From NCBI GenBank assembly GCA_965263355.1, contig CBDHHL010000032.1:3456001-3520000 (forward strand): 64,000 bases of DNA, written 5' to 3'. This stretch comes from Leptolyngbyaceae cyanobacterium (GTDB taxonomy: Bacteria > Cyanobacteriota > Cyanobacteriia > Phormidesmidales > Phormidesmidaceae). Under the pieces are notes generated by a model. The model saw only the letters and a list, made by a program, of their open reading frames with translations, searched no databases and was not told the origin of the DNA. Positions 50,304 to 60,827 of this stretch are shown piece after piece (within the stretch, counting starts at the first letter, position 1; every line of letters begins with the position of its first letter). The translations under genes and the position numbers were made by a program.

Positions 50304-50659
50304 TCAATTTAAACTAGGGATAAACGTAGACGTCTATAGACGTCTATCCAACAAAAAATAGCGCTCTCAAACTATTAGATACCAGGCAAAAAATAGGTGT
50401 TTTTACACAAGCTTTCAAAGCTAAATGTCATGAAAACTTTACATGTCGCAAAGAATAGAATTAAACGTTACAAAAGCTACAAGAACCTTGATAAATAAGA
50501 GTTTTCATCCTCCAAAAAATATCATGGTGGACAGTGCTCCAGAATGATATTGGTATAGTGGAATTAGGGCTAAATGTAGTCCTAACTTAAATGATAGCTA
50601 GCTGCATCCTTCAGCTAACTTTTCAGACCCCTTCAGGCACAGAATTTTCTTGCGGAACT

Positions 50660-51838
50660 ATGGCTCCTTCTGTTAATTCCCCAGAAACAGCAGTAATTGA
50701 CGCTTGGACCGAGATGGAGCAAGCGCCCCAATCTAAGAAGAGCAATAATCGTCAAGGTAGTCAGTTTAGCGAAGAATCGCAGGGTCCTAGTTGGGACCGG
50801 TCAGACAGTAACGGACAAGACGATGATTTAGGTGGTGATCCAACCGCTGAATTGACCGCAGAAGTGGCCTCTGCCTATAAAAAGACCTTGGCTGATGATG
50901 CAGTGGGAGCTTTCTTCAAGGAAATGGCTCGATATCCATTGCTCAAAGCGGACGAAGAGATAGAGTTAGCTCGCCAAGTCAAATTTCTAGCCGATGTAGA
51001 AGCGTTATCGAAACAACTAGGTGAACAGCTCAAGCGCACCCCCAGCCGTTTGGAAATGGCTAATGCACTGGACTGTAATGAAGATGAGTTTCAGCATCGT
51101 TTAAAGTATGCCCGCACTGCCAAGCGGAAGATGATCCGCTCTAATCTTCGACTGGTTGTTTCAATTGCCAAGCGCTATCTAAACCGGGGTGTGCCTTTCC
51201 TGGATTTGATTCAGGAGGGCGCGTTAGGTCTCAATCGTGCCGCTGAAAAGTTTGATCCCGACAAGGGGTATAAGTTTTCTACTTACGCTTATTGGTGGAT
51301 TCGCCAGGGTATTACCCGGACCATTGCTAATGATGCCCGGACGATTCGATTACCTATCCACATTGTCGAAAAGCTGAATAAACTCAAAAAGACCCAGCGA
51401 GAGCTGCGCAAACAGCTTAACCGTGCACCAACTGAGACTGAACTAGCCGCAGAGTTAGACCTTACCCCTGAGCAGTTGCGCAGTCTACAACAGGTGCGAC
51501 GCAAGTCTCTTTCCCTAAATCATCGAGTGGGCAAAGGTGAAGATACAGAACTGATGGAGTTACTAGAGGATGGGAGTACTCTGTCACCTGAGTCTCGGAT
51601 GAATGAGTCGATGATGCGTCAGGAGATTTCCGACGTATTGACAGAGGTATTAACTGAGCGTGAGAAGGATATTATTTCCCTGCGCTACGGTTTAACTACT
51701 GGAGAACCCCACACCCTCGAAGAAGTAGGTGGCATCTTTAATCTATCGCGGGAGCGTGTGCGGCAAATCCAAACGAAAGCGATGCGCAAATTACGTCGCC
51801 CTCAAGTTGCCTCTCGCCTAAAAAACTGGCTCCGATAG
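50660..51838 (+). CDS. Group 2 sigma-70 factor (RpoD/SigA family; ORF opens at 50591)
   Basis: NLRLVVSIAKRY, DLIQEG, GYKFSTYAYWWIRQ and SRERVRQI. Confidence 0.93.
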   Translation: MAPSVNSPETAVIDAWTEMEQAPQSKKSNNRQGSQFSEESQGPSWDRSDSNGQDDDLGGDPTAELTAEVASAYKKTLADDAVGAFFKEMARYPLLKADEEIELARQVKFLADVEALSKQLGEQLKRTPSRLEMANALDCNEDEFQHRLKYARTAKRKMIRSNLRLVVSIAKRYLNRGVPFLDLIQEGALGLNRAAEKFDPDKGYKFSTYAYWWIRQGITRTIANDARTIRLPIHIVEKLNKLKKTQRELRKQLNRAPTETELAAELDLTPEQLRSLQQVRRKSLSLNHRVGKGEDTELMELLEDGSTLSPESRMNESMMRQEISDVLTEVLTEREKDIISLRYGLTTGEPHTLEEVGGIFNLSRERVRQIQTKAMRKLRRPQVASRLKNWLR

Positions 51839-51991
51839 CTATTTAACCTAAATCAACTGCTAAAGCCCTCTGATAGCGTTTGCATCGGAGGGCTATATAT
51901 GCTGCCTAAATTTGCTTATGGGTATCAGCAGAAGAACATGCCGCTTTGAGTTGGCATCCGACCTATTTAGAAAATCAGGTAAATAAAACAT

Positions 51992-52057
51992 GTAGCCAAT
52001 GTTACGAAATACGCTGTAACGTTGGGGACACATTTTTTTAAATATTTTTCGTATGAT
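51992..52057 (+). promoter_or_regulatory. Candidate NtcA-dependent promoter of gpgS
   Basis: GTA-N8-TAC at 51992-52005; GTA-N8-GAC at 52016-52029 followed 22 nt later by TATGAT. Confidence 0.55.
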
Positions 52058-52089
52058 TATGTCTGAATATCAGTGGTGTAAGGGACTTT

Positions 52090-53385
52090 ATGGACTATAA
52101 ACAGGAACGAATCACGACGATTCATGACTTTGGTTGTGATTTGTCACGATTAGAAGAGCGATCTTTGGAACTAATCCGTGAAACGCCAACCGCTGTTTTA
52201 ATTCCATCCCTCTATGAAGAACTAGAACGACCTGCCCTCACGCGTATTCGTGACCACCTTAAAGCTTGCGCCTTTGTCAATACCATTGTAGTCAGCCTCT
52301 ATGCGGATACGGCAGAACAGTATGCTAGCGCGGTCGAATTTTTTGCTCCTTTACCCCAAAAGACCCATATCATTTGGGAAAATGGCCCACGAGTGATTGC
52401 CTTGCTCAAAGAACTCCAAAGCATGGGGCTTGATTTGTTAGTTCATCGCGGTAAAGGACGAGCGGTATGGCTGGGGTTAGGTCTGGCTACATTGCATGCA
52501 GGTGCGATCGCACTCCACGATGCTGACATCACTACCTATGATCGCTCCTATCCCTTAAAGCTGCTCTTTCCCATACTAGAGCCTGAGTTTGGCATTGCCT
52601 TTACCAAAGCCTACTATGCTCGCATTAGCAACGAACCTCATAAAATCAATGGTCGTGTCACTCGGTTATTTGTAGCCCCACTCTTGCACTCCTTGATGGA
52701 TGTGTGGGGCCATCGGGACTACATATCGTATCTATCAGCCTATCGATATCCACTTTCTGGTGAGTTTGCCCTTACCAGTGATCTAGCCCTAACCACTCGT
52801 ATTCCTGCCAACTGGGGATTAGAGGTGGGACTGCTGGCTGAGGTGTATCGTAATATTGCCCTCAAACGTATTGCCCAAGTAGATTTAGGCACATTTGACC
52901 ATAAACATCAAGATATCGGGCAATCTCCAAGCCAGGGACTACAAAAAATGTGTCGAGATATTTTGCAATCCCTGCTACGCACCCTAACCGAAACTGAGCA
53001 GGTGGTGATTGGGAAAGATCAGTTAAGGTCGCTGCGCATTAAGTTTCGCCGTGAAGCCCAAGATCTGGCACGACAGTATTTTGTTGACGCTAAATTCAAT
53101 GGCCTACAATATGATCGCCATCAGGAAGAAAACATCCTTGAACGGTTTGAAGAGGTAATTGTTAAAGCTGGAGAACAGTATCTAGAAGATCCCACAGGCA
53201 CTGAAATTCCAGATTGGACCCGTGCTCTGGCAGTGATACCTGATTTACGTCAGCGTTTGGGTCAGGCCGTTATCACAGATATGCAGGAGGCGCTAGAGCA
53301 TCGGGTAATCAATCCCTTTAATGAACTTGGCACAACCAACAGTCAAGTCATCAACCCTAGTAGCGAAGATTTAGTTTTGACCTAA
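52090..53385 (+). CDS. gpgS: Glucosyl-3-phosphoglycerate synthase
   Basis: MDYKQERITTIH, GKGRAVW, HDADI, GRVTRLFV, YPLSGEF, WGLEVG and DHKHQ. Confidence 0.85.
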   Translation: MDYKQERITTIHDFGCDLSRLEERSLELIRETPTAVLIPSLYEELERPALTRIRDHLKACAFVNTIVVSLYADTAEQYASAVEFFAPLPQKTHIIWENGPRVIALLKELQSMGLDLLVHRGKGRAVWLGLGLATLHAGAIALHDADITTYDRSYPLKLLFPILEPEFGIAFTKAYYARISNEPHKINGRVTRLFVAPLLHSLMDVWGHRDYISYLSAYRYPLSGEFALTSDLALTTRIPANWGLEVGLLAEVYRNIALKRIAQVDLGTFDHKHQDIGQSPSQGLQKMCRDILQSLLRTLTETEQVVIGKDQLRSLRIKFRREAQDLARQYFVDAKFNGLQYDRHQEENILERFEEVIVKAGEQYLEDPTGTEIPDWTRALAVIPDLRQRLGQAVITDMQEALEHRVINPFNELGTTNSQVINPSSEDLVLT

Positions 53386-53428
53386 ACATTTTGTCGAGGC
53401 ATTGCATGCAATGCCTCGACAAAATGTT
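53385..53428. repeat. Perfect 44-bp palindrome between convergent genes (REP-like, possibly a terminator)
   Basis: AACATTTTGTCGAGGCATTGCA|TGCAATGCCTCGACAAAATGTT. Confidence 0.85.
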
Positions 53429-53433
53429 GTCCT

Positions 53434-54183
53434 TTAGAGTGCAACTCGACTACTAGAACTTCGGAAGGTAACATTCACCCCTTCGCTCGTTTGCTCTAGC
53501 ACAAGCAAGGGAGTTGGTTTGGCTTTTTGATCCCAATGCATGGTGGCCAAGCGACCTAGCAAAGTAGGTTGCCAAAACTTATCATCCCGCTCGGGGCTGA
53601 GAAAGTTCTCAATGCAATCAATAATCTCTTGGACTGTAATAGAAGTCGCCTGGGTAGGCAGTTTTACCAGCTTAATTTGAATGCGGAACAAGACTCGTTT
53701 TTTCTGTTGTCCATCCTGGACGGTTTGATAGTCCACATCAAAGATTTGATCCACAACCCGTGGTTTAGATGCAATGCCAACTACACCTTGCTGCGCCTGC
53801 TGCGGTCGAAGTGCAAGGGTAATTCGCTGTTTTACCTTAACTTTCAGCTGGTTTAGAACAGAGAAATGGAACTGTTTTTCTTCCATTCTCATTCTGAGAT
53901 AATCCAGATTGAAATCTCGAGAGTGAACCAGGTCTGGATTTTTCTCCATCTTACTGATGGTAGAAAGCGCCAGCTTAACGCGCTTTTGTAGCTCCTTATT
54001 CTTATAGGCCTCAAATTTTAGCTTTTTGCGGACTCGTGCAAACTGTAGCTGAGAAACCACGCCCAAAATCAGTAATAATGCTGCTAAACCAATTGAAGTA
54101 TACAGCCATGGATTCTTGGGCTGAGCAACAGCTACAGGTGTCTGAGCCACTGAGGGCTTAAGCCCAATAACAGAATAAGACAT
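53434..54183 (-). CDS. Hypothetical single-TM protein
   Basis: 249-aa ORF with N-terminal TM and coiled coil. Confidence 0.7.
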   Translation of the reverse strand: MSYSVIGLKPSVAQTPVAVAQPKNPWLYTSIGLAALLLILGVVSQLQFARVRKKLKFEAYKNKELQKRVKLALSTISKMEKNPDLVHSRDFNLDYLRMRMEEKQFHFSVLNQLKVKVKQRITLALRPQQAQQGVVGIASKPRVVDQIFDVDYQTVQDGQQKKRVLFRIQIKLVKLPTQATSITVQEIIDCIENFLSPERDDKFWQPTLLGRLATMHWDQKAKPTPLLVLEQTSEGVNVTFRSSSSRVAL

Positions 54184-54303
54184 AGCTAAGGAATAATGCT
54201 ATCCGGTTACATTTAGCATGCCCTATGCCCTGGTTTCCGGACTAAGAGGATATATCTAAACACATGTGAAACCTGTGTAAAATCTCGATAGCCATGGGTA
54301 CAA

Positions 54304-55965
54304 TTAATGACGCCATCTTGCGCGATATCCCCGAGCATCCAAATGGCTTAAGCTCGGAAATCTACGATAACGCCCTAGACCACCAGGCCACCAAGGATCG
54401 AGTGCCCAGTAAATCTGGTCTCCAGAGAGCCCATCGACATAAAAGTCGATGGCATCTCCCACAATGTGACGACTGTTGGAGGCTCCACCCACCTGACGGT
54501 TGATATCCGGTGGACGATACCAGCTAGTAATCCGGAAAGGACGACCAATGCGATCGCGAGCTTGCTGGGCTAGCTTAGCAATGCGCACCATCCCGTCGAC
54601 AGTGGCCTGATTAGGCGGCATCCGCGTACCACCACGGGTCGCCTCGGACCAAGTAAAGTTGCCATTGGGAATAATGGAGGCCCCCAGCTGAATATTGTAG
54701 GGAGTCCAGCGAGTCGGTCGGGGTGGCAACGGTGGCGGTTTTGGTGCTGGCGGTGCTTCCACCGAATCACGGTTCGCACGGGTCATCCGACGCACATCCT
54801 CAAACAACGACTGAATCGCATCCATGCGTCGGTCGAGTTTACGCCAGATCTGCACCAGGCGAATCAATGATTCTCGCTGTTCCTCTGTTTCCTTATAAAC
54901 ATTAGGCACACTTTCAATAAACGCCAGCAGTGACTGATCCACCTTTTGAGCCGCTTCAGCCAGGGCAGCAGGATTATCCTTATTGGCCGTCAGAAACTGG
55001 GGTGTGGCCCCTAGTTGACTTAAGGCCGTTGGCCGTGAATCCAATCCCTTCCACATGCGGTAGGTCTCGGTAAGCGCAAATCGATGATAGCCATCCCCTT
55101 TATAGTTATCAGGGACCCTCTGAACAAATGCAATCAGGGCTGGATCGACAATTTGCAAATTGGTTTCTGCAGCCCGTGGGTCGCTGCTATGTAACCATTC
55201 GATGGCTTCCTCACGAGAATCGAGCTGCTTCCATAGCTGGGTCAACCGCAACAGCGCTTCCCGCTGATGGGGATAGCCCGAATAAAACCGAGACACCTGC
55301 CGAATAAAGTCTGTCAACCCCTGATCCAGGGCAACTTCATCCACCACATCATTGGTAATTGCCACATTCATGGCCTGAATGGTGCTGCGATGGGAGTCAA
55401 GCTTGCGCCAGATACGAGCCGCTTCTAACAGAGACTCTCGCTGGAAATCTAAATGGCCATAATTGGGTGCAATCCGCTCTGAAAATGCCAGCAACTCATC
55501 ATCTAACTCCACCAGATTGTGGGGTAGTTGCTGTGCCCCATAGTCATAGCCAATATCTTCCAGATAGGCCGCTAAAAGCTTTTCAGCATTACTACTTTCC
55601 AGACGCGCCGCATTGTTCTCAGATGCCGATGGCATATATCCTTCAGCAATACGTTCGATAAAGCGATCGCTATAGCGCCCCTTAGCAGCATCCCATAAAT
55701 CACTGCCACGCCAGCCGCTTGCCGTCAGCGAACTGGTCAGACTACGCAATGTATTGGCCGCATACTGAACCTGCTCAGGAAATGTGTTGACCTGATCAAC
55801 AGGCACTTGATGGGCAGCGGATATGCCAAGACCGGTCTCACCATCCATCAACCGTGGAGAGTGATGCACCGCATAAAGCCCCGCCAAAATAGGTTTATGG
55901 ATGCCGGCTCTTTCAGCCTCTAGAAGATAGTAGTAGTTGCGCTGATCGGGTACGAGTTCTGCCAT
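54304..55965 (-). CDS. Protein with C-terminal peptidase M15A (D-Ala-D-Ala carboxypeptidase-like) domain
   Basis: ITSWYRP..NRQVGGASNSRHIVGDAID...GLGRY..HLDAR. Confidence 0.88.
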   Translation of the reverse strand: MAELVPDQRNYYYLLEAERAGIHKPILAGLYAVHHSPRLMDGETGLGISAAHQVPVDQVNTFPEQVQYAANTLRSLTSSLTASGWRGSDLWDAAKGRYSDRFIERIAEGYMPSASENNAARLESSNAEKLLAAYLEDIGYDYGAQQLPHNLVELDDELLAFSERIAPNYGHLDFQRESLLEAARIWRKLDSHRSTIQAMNVAITNDVVDEVALDQGLTDFIRQVSRFYSGYPHQREALLRLTQLWKQLDSREEAIEWLHSSDPRAAETNLQIVDPALIAFVQRVPDNYKGDGYHRFALTETYRMWKGLDSRPTALSQLGATPQFLTANKDNPAALAEAAQKVDQSLLAFIESVPNVYKETEEQRESLIRLVQIWRKLDRRMDAIQSLFEDVRRMTRANRDSVEAPPAPKPPPLPPRPTRWTPYNIQLGASIIPNGNFTWSEATRGGTRMPPNQATVDGMVRIAKLAQQARDRIGRPFRITSWYRPPDINRQVGGASNSRHIVGDAIDFYVDGLSGDQIYWALDPWWPGGLGRYRRFPSLSHLDARGYRARWRH

Positions 55966-56142
55966 AGTTCACTGGGCTAAAACGTTTTACCTTGACAAGG
56001 GCAAGTGCCTGATTATAGGACGTCTTTGCCCATTACATCTGTTATCTGCATGCATTACTGCTAAGCTGTGGCTTCTAACGTATATCAGTTTCTTGATCAC
56101 AAGGGAATTCCTTAATCAAAATCTAGTGCTTATCTGACAAGA

Positions 56143-56214
56143 TAAACTTTGTTCACGTACAAATCCGTAGTTTTACCGTTGAGGAACCTCCAGGTTGCAA
56201 CTTGGAAATGTTTA
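56143..56214 (+). repeat. ~73-bp dispersed MITE-like repeat, copy 3
   Basis: TAAACTTTGTTCACGTACAAATCCGTAGTTTTACCG...CAACTTGGAAATGTTTA. Confidence 0.7.
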
Positions 56215-56253
56215 ATCATTGGCAAACTAGCGCCACGGGCCACGAGCAAGGGG

Positions 56254-57042
56254 ATGACGAGCATGACAGGCAATCGATTACAGGCGTTAACCACACCACT
56301 CGCTCGTCAGGTATTGGCTCAGATTCGTCTAGTAGCAACGGATATGGACGGTACTATCACCCAAAAGGAGGAGTTTAAAGACTCGCTACTGGTGATGTTA
56401 GACCAGTTGAGAGTGGCGGGAATGCCGGTGCTGATTACCACTGGCCGTTCAGCGGGTTGGGTGCATGGATTGCTGCATTATTTGCCTGTCGTACTTGCGA
56501 TCGCAGAAAATGGTGGTCTCTACTTTACTAAAGAGAACCGCTATCCTACCTTCCTGCAGCCAATTCCAAGTAATCACAGACAATTGTTGGCAGATCAATT
56601 TAACAGGCTACGCCAAAAATATCCCCACTTAACCGAGTCCAATGATAATGCCTTTCGCCTAACCGACTGGACCTTTGAAGTTACTGGGTTAAGTCTGACA
56701 GACCTGGCATGGATGACCCAAAATTGTCACGATAACGGCTGGGGCTTTACCTACAGCACCGTTCAATGCCACATCAAACCCTTCCCCCAAGACAAAGCCA
56801 GTGGCCTAACCCAAGTGATCGCCCAGCAGTTTCCAGATTTAGCACACCATCAGGTGTTAACCATCGGCGACAGCCCCAACGATGAAAGCATGTTTAACCC
56901 TGACCAGTTTCCCCATTCGGTCGGTGTTGCTAATGTGCGTCATTATTTAGACAGTCTGGCCCATCATCCGGCCTTTATCACCCAGGCCGAAGAAGGCAAA
57001 GGATTTGGCGAATTGATGGAGGCATTGTTGCAATCTCGTTAA
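56254..57042 (+). CDS. HAD-superfamily IIB hydrolase (start ATG 56254 or 56263)
   Basis: DMDGT, TGRS, AENGG and GDSPND. Confidence 0.9.
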   Translation: MTSMTGNRLQALTTPLARQVLAQIRLVATDMDGTITQKEEFKDSLLVMLDQLRVAGMPVLITTGRSAGWVHGLLHYLPVVLAIAENGGLYFTKENRYPTFLQPIPSNHRQLLADQFNRLRQKYPHLTESNDNAFRLTDWTFEVTGLSLTDLAWMTQNCHDNGWGFTYSTVQCHIKPFPQDKASGLTQVIAQQFPDLAHHQVLTIGDSPNDESMFNPDQFPHSVGVANVRHYLDSLAHHPAFITQAEEGKGFGELMEALLQSR

Positions 57043-57164
57043 TCCATCTTCATCTCTGTAGGGTAATTATATGCAATGCCCTTACAGAGAGAATTCTATA
57101 GGGGTCAATATTTTTCTTTCCCATCTGGCCTCGCCATTAGACAATAATATCCAGCTTTATTCTG

Positions 57165-58031
57165 ATGGCTATGGCAAACAATCTGCGATCGCGGCGTTGG
57201 ACTATTTCTCAAGTACTGATGTGGGTGGGCATTGTCATTACCTTACTGTTTGTACTGGTTGCCCTATTTACACCGTTAATGCAGCAATGGGGATGGATTC
57301 AAGATCCCCTAGTCACTCTGGAAAACCCCATCCATGTGCCCCCGTCTAGTGAGTATTGGTTTGGCACTAGCCGTCAGGGCTACGACGTCTTTGCCCGCAC
57401 CCTGTTTGGAGCCAGAGCCGCATGGCAGGTAGTGCTTTTAGCCACTGCTATGAGTGTAGTGGTGGGGGTCCCCCTCGGCATGGTCAGTGGTTACCTGGGT
57501 GGCAAGTTAGATCGCGGTTTGCTGTTTTTTATGGATACGATCTACACCCTGCCAGTATTGTTGTTGGCGGTCACGCTAGCATTTATTTTAGGCAAAGGGG
57601 TGGTAAATGCCGCTGCAGCGTTGAGTATTGCCTATGTACCTCAGTATTACCGAGTGGTGCGAAACCATACGGTTAGCCTTAAAACAGAGCTATTTGTAGA
57701 AGCGGCCCAAGCGATGGGAGCCTCTACCTGGGCAGTGCTCTCCCGTTATTTATTCTTAAACGTAGTACAGAGTGTACCGGTACTTTTTACGCTTAACACG
57801 GCGGATGCGGTCCTAATTTTGGGGGGACTGGGTTTCCTGGGCTTAGGACTACCGGATGAGGTACCTGAGTGGGGTAGTTCTTTGCGCCAGGCATTGGATG
57901 CACTGCCTACCGGTATTTGGTGGACAGCGTTGTTTCCTGGATTGGCGATTACCGGTATGGTCACCGGATTATCTCTAATCGGCGAAGGCCTAAATGATTT
58001 AGTAAACCCACTAGTACGCAAAGAAAATTGA
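57165..58031 (+). CDS. ABC peptide/nickel transporter permease (DppC-like)
   Basis: WFGT..GYDVFAR, EAAQAMGA loop, PEWG and GEGLND. Confidence 0.92.
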   Translation: MAMANNLRSRRWTISQVLMWVGIVITLLFVLVALFTPLMQQWGWIQDPLVTLENPIHVPPSSEYWFGTSRQGYDVFARTLFGARAAWQVVLLATAMSVVVGVPLGMVSGYLGGKLDRGLLFFMDTIYTLPVLLLAVTLAFILGKGVVNAAAALSIAYVPQYYRVVRNHTVSLKTELFVEAAQAMGASTWAVLSRYLFLNVVQSVPVLFTLNTADAVLILGGLGFLGLGLPDEVPEWGSSLRQALDALPTGIWWTALFPGLAITGMVTGLSLIGEGLNDLVNPLVRKEN

Positions 58032-58318
58032 GACAAATCCGGTAGAAGGATTGTATGCAATGCTTCTACGGTGTGATCTGCATCACCCCAAAAACTCAGT
58101 CTCGTTTAACGAGCTTTCATACCCCACTCAGTTGGGGGTCAGACATCTGTTAGGCAACCCGTTGATAGTTAAGGCAATCGTTCATTCGCTCTGATTGGAA
58201 GCTATCACTATGAAAAAAGTACTCACCACACTTTTTATGACAGGATTAACGGCTAGTACACTCGGTTCAGTTTTGGCAACATACACACAAGTCATCGAAA
58301 ATAGCGTTTACGGTTACC

Positions 58319-58395
58319 TAACCCCCTCTAACTCCCCCTTCGTAAGGGGGAAAACTGGAATTTCCCTCCTTGCGAAGGAGGGATTGAGAGAGGTA
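58319..58395. repeat. Double-hairpin small dispersed repeat
   Basis: TCCCCCTT-CGT-AAGGGGGA and TCCCTCCTT-GCG-AAGGAGGGA hairpins inside C-rich and G-rich outer arms. Confidence 0.6.
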
Positions 58396-58465
58396 ATGCA
58401 GGATTTTGGGCCTCTTACGAGATGTCTGTACACCGTAGCGTCTTAGGGCATTACGCTCAATCTTC

Positions 58466-59743
58466 CTAAGAGGATTCCAGACGTTTGCGCCATTCTGCGT
58501 CGATTTTGTCGCGGTTAGCAATTTCCTGGTCAATTAAATCAGTTTCAGTCGTGTAAGCCAGGTTATCTTTGCCCACAATTGTCTCGATAGCAAACTGTTT
58601 TGCGTAGTCTAGCTTACGCTGAACCGTCTTACCGACTAGACTTTGACGCTGAAGGTTACGGGCATCAATGTTTTTGTTTTGTTGCTGCATTCTAAAGTAG
58701 CGCAACATCGGAATGCCCAGAAAGGCAATGCCATAGGCAAGAAATAGATCACACAGGGAATAAACCAAACCGATAAAGCCACCAGCTGTCCAACCAGCGG
58801 CAACATAGGCAAGATAAATGGACCCGACCACCAGCAACGTCCCCAAGCCAATGGCGATCGCAATTTGATTTGAACTCGCACTGGAAAAGCGACGTCTGGT
58901 TTCTTTGAGAAATGCTGGCACCGACTGGGGTTTATAGTTGTTGGCGGTGACTTGTAGCTCTGGGAAGAAATAGACTAAATCACCCTGGGGACTGACTTTA
59001 GGACGACCGTTAAAGCGGCTAAGGGCAGGGATCACATAGTCTTCCAGGTCATCATCCAGGTTGGCATTATCGAGGTAAGGAGCTAACTCTTCGGCGGAAA
59101 CAGCCCCCCGTTTGTTACGAATGACAGTTGCGATCGATCCCCAGCGCCGTTCATCTAAATCCTTATTGGGGTCACCATCACCAAACAAAAACGAAAACAC
59201 CGCTTCTAGAAAATTCAGATCGTGACGGTTGCGATCGCGACCGCCCCCCACCTCACCATAGCGATCATACCGACGGCGTGGCCCATAGCTAAACCAGTAA
59301 AACCAATCATTACCAATCCATAGCCAAGGATTAAACCCTATGCCGCCGCTGTAGCCACCACGATTATCCTCATCCCGCTGGGACTGCATACTAATCTGGA
59401 TAGCAATAATCGCCGCAAACACCAGCACCACCGCCAGGATAAGCATGATGCCAAAGGAAATTCGAATCAGGTAAAACAAAACCGCCCAAATCTTGGCCCA
59501 GGTTTCCTGCCAACGCAGCTGCCAGTATTGATTACGTAAAATCGCCCGAAACTGACGAGGAAACTCATAGGCAATATCCCCCGTCTCAGACACCTGCATA
59601 TGGGCTTGAGTCTGAGATGCCAGGGCCAACACCCCAGCTTCTGCCTGACTAATATTCAATCCAGTTTTAGCGGCTACATCACCGGCAGTCACCCTATATT
59701 CGAGGGTTTCAACCGCTGTCATGATGTCCTGATTTAGCTCCAT
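58466..59743 (-). CDS. Conserved cyanobacterial membrane protein of unknown function
   Basis: 425 aa; YRVTAGDVAA, FLEAVFSFLFGDGDPN and VYFFPELQ; several TMs. Confidence 0.8.
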   Translation of the reverse strand: MELNQDIMTAVETLEYRVTAGDVAAKTGLNISQAEAGVLALASQTQAHMQVSETGDIAYEFPRQFRAILRNQYWQLRWQETWAKIWAVLFYLIRISFGIMLILAVVLVFAAIIAIQISMQSQRDEDNRGGYSGGIGFNPWLWIGNDWFYWFSYGPRRRYDRYGEVGGGRDRNRHDLNFLEAVFSFLFGDGDPNKDLDERRWGSIATVIRNKRGAVSAEELAPYLDNANLDDDLEDYVIPALSRFNGRPKVSPQGDLVYFFPELQVTANNYKPQSVPAFLKETRRRFSSASSNQIAIAIGLGTLLVVGSIYLAYVAAGWTAGGFIGLVYSLCDLFLAYGIAFLGIPMLRYFRMQQQNKNIDARNLQRQSLVGKTVQRKLDYAKQFAIETIVGKDNLAYTTETDLIDQEIANRDKIDAEWRKRLESS

Positions 59744-59845
59744 AGGTTCCTTTGAAGGGGCTTGCTCATAGCGATTCTCCTAGTATAAGAAGCCCAATCC
59801 AGCATTTGCCATGACGGTACAAGTGTGGGTTTCCGAGAAGCCAAT

Positions 59846-59879
59846 AAAAAAGCTGGACGTCCTAGCTTGTCCAGCTTTT
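59846..59879 (-). terminator. Intrinsic terminator downstream of curT
   Basis: AAAAGCTGGAC/GTCCAGCTTTT stem with U-tract on the minus strand. Confidence 0.65.
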
Positions 59880-59980
59880 CAATTTAGTTTCAGACTGACT
59901 GAAAACACTAAATTTATTTAAGTCAAGCAAAACACCTAATGCCTGAGTTGCTGACCAATACATACAGGTAACTCAAGCAA

Positions 59981-60391
59981 TTAATTATTACCTGTAATTT
60001 GATCCTTGATGTCGCCCAGAGTACTCAGCAACTCACTCCGATTACTCGCTTTAAATAGGTAACGATAGATAAACCAGCCCGTGTAAATCAGACCAATCAA
60101 CTCCATGGTTGGAGCGAGGACCGGAATCTCATTAATCGCCGCCAAGATAGCAAACATTATCTTAATGCCAATGAGACCACCAAATACAAGACCAATTACA
60201 GTAATAGGGCGTTTGTACTCATCAAAGGTCTGAACCACGTATTCTGGGGCATCCCCTAGGACACTGGCGACTTTAGACAGCACTTCCTTAGCTGGGTCAT
60301 TGCTTTCAGCAACAGCAGTATCAGTGCTTTCAGCAGCAGTAGTGCTTTCAGGCGTCACGTTTTCTTCTGGGGAATTAATATCAGTACTCAT
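59981..60391 (-). CDS. curT: CAAD-domain thylakoid curvature protein (CURT1 homologue)
   Basis: AINEIPVLAPTMELIGLIYTGWFIYRYL...RSEL signature. Confidence 0.85.
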   Translation of the reverse strand: MSTDINSPEENVTPESTTAAESTDTAVAESNDPAKEVLSKVASVLGDAPEYVVQTFDEYKRPITVIGLVFGGLIGIKIMFAILAAINEIPVLAPTMELIGLIYTGWFIYRYLFKASNRSELLSTLGDIKDQITGNN

Positions 60392-60668
60392 GTTTATATT
60401 GAGAATTAACAACCTAGGAGCGGATTGCCTACGCTCACCTACCATGTCAGGGGATGGCTGGTGACTTAGTTATCAACTTCTGAAATTAAGTCACCATTGG
60501 CACAAATGCAAGCGACCAACCGTGCACTCTTGGTCATGCAGACATGCATGATCGAACCAAGGGCTATTGCATGAAGCCAGCACACCTTAAATAGTTTATT
60601 CTGACTTGGTAGAAGAATAATATCGTTCACTGATACATAGTCAATTTCAATCATTAACCCAGTTAAGT

Positions 60669-60741
60669 TAAATCACATCTAAGTAGAAACTTGAAGTTTC
60701 CTCGACGGCAAAACTACAGTTCTGGACGTGAACAAGGGTTA
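60669..60741 (-). repeat. ~73-bp dispersed MITE-like repeat, copy 4
   Basis: Reverse complement reads TAACCCTTGTTCACGTCCAGAACTGTAGTTTTGCCGTCGAGGAAAC...TTAGATGTGATTTA. Confidence 0.8.
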
Positions 60742-60827
60742 AGATAAAACGTTTCAATTTGAGTCTGCCTTGCCATAGATATTGAAGTCATGACTACAAT
60801 TAGAGCTACTGCATTCTCCAAGCGCTT

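Noticed and set aside
56149..56253. N-terminal extension of the HAD hydrolase
   Set aside because: It overlaps the dispersed repeat copy; the real start is more likely ATG 56254 or 56263.
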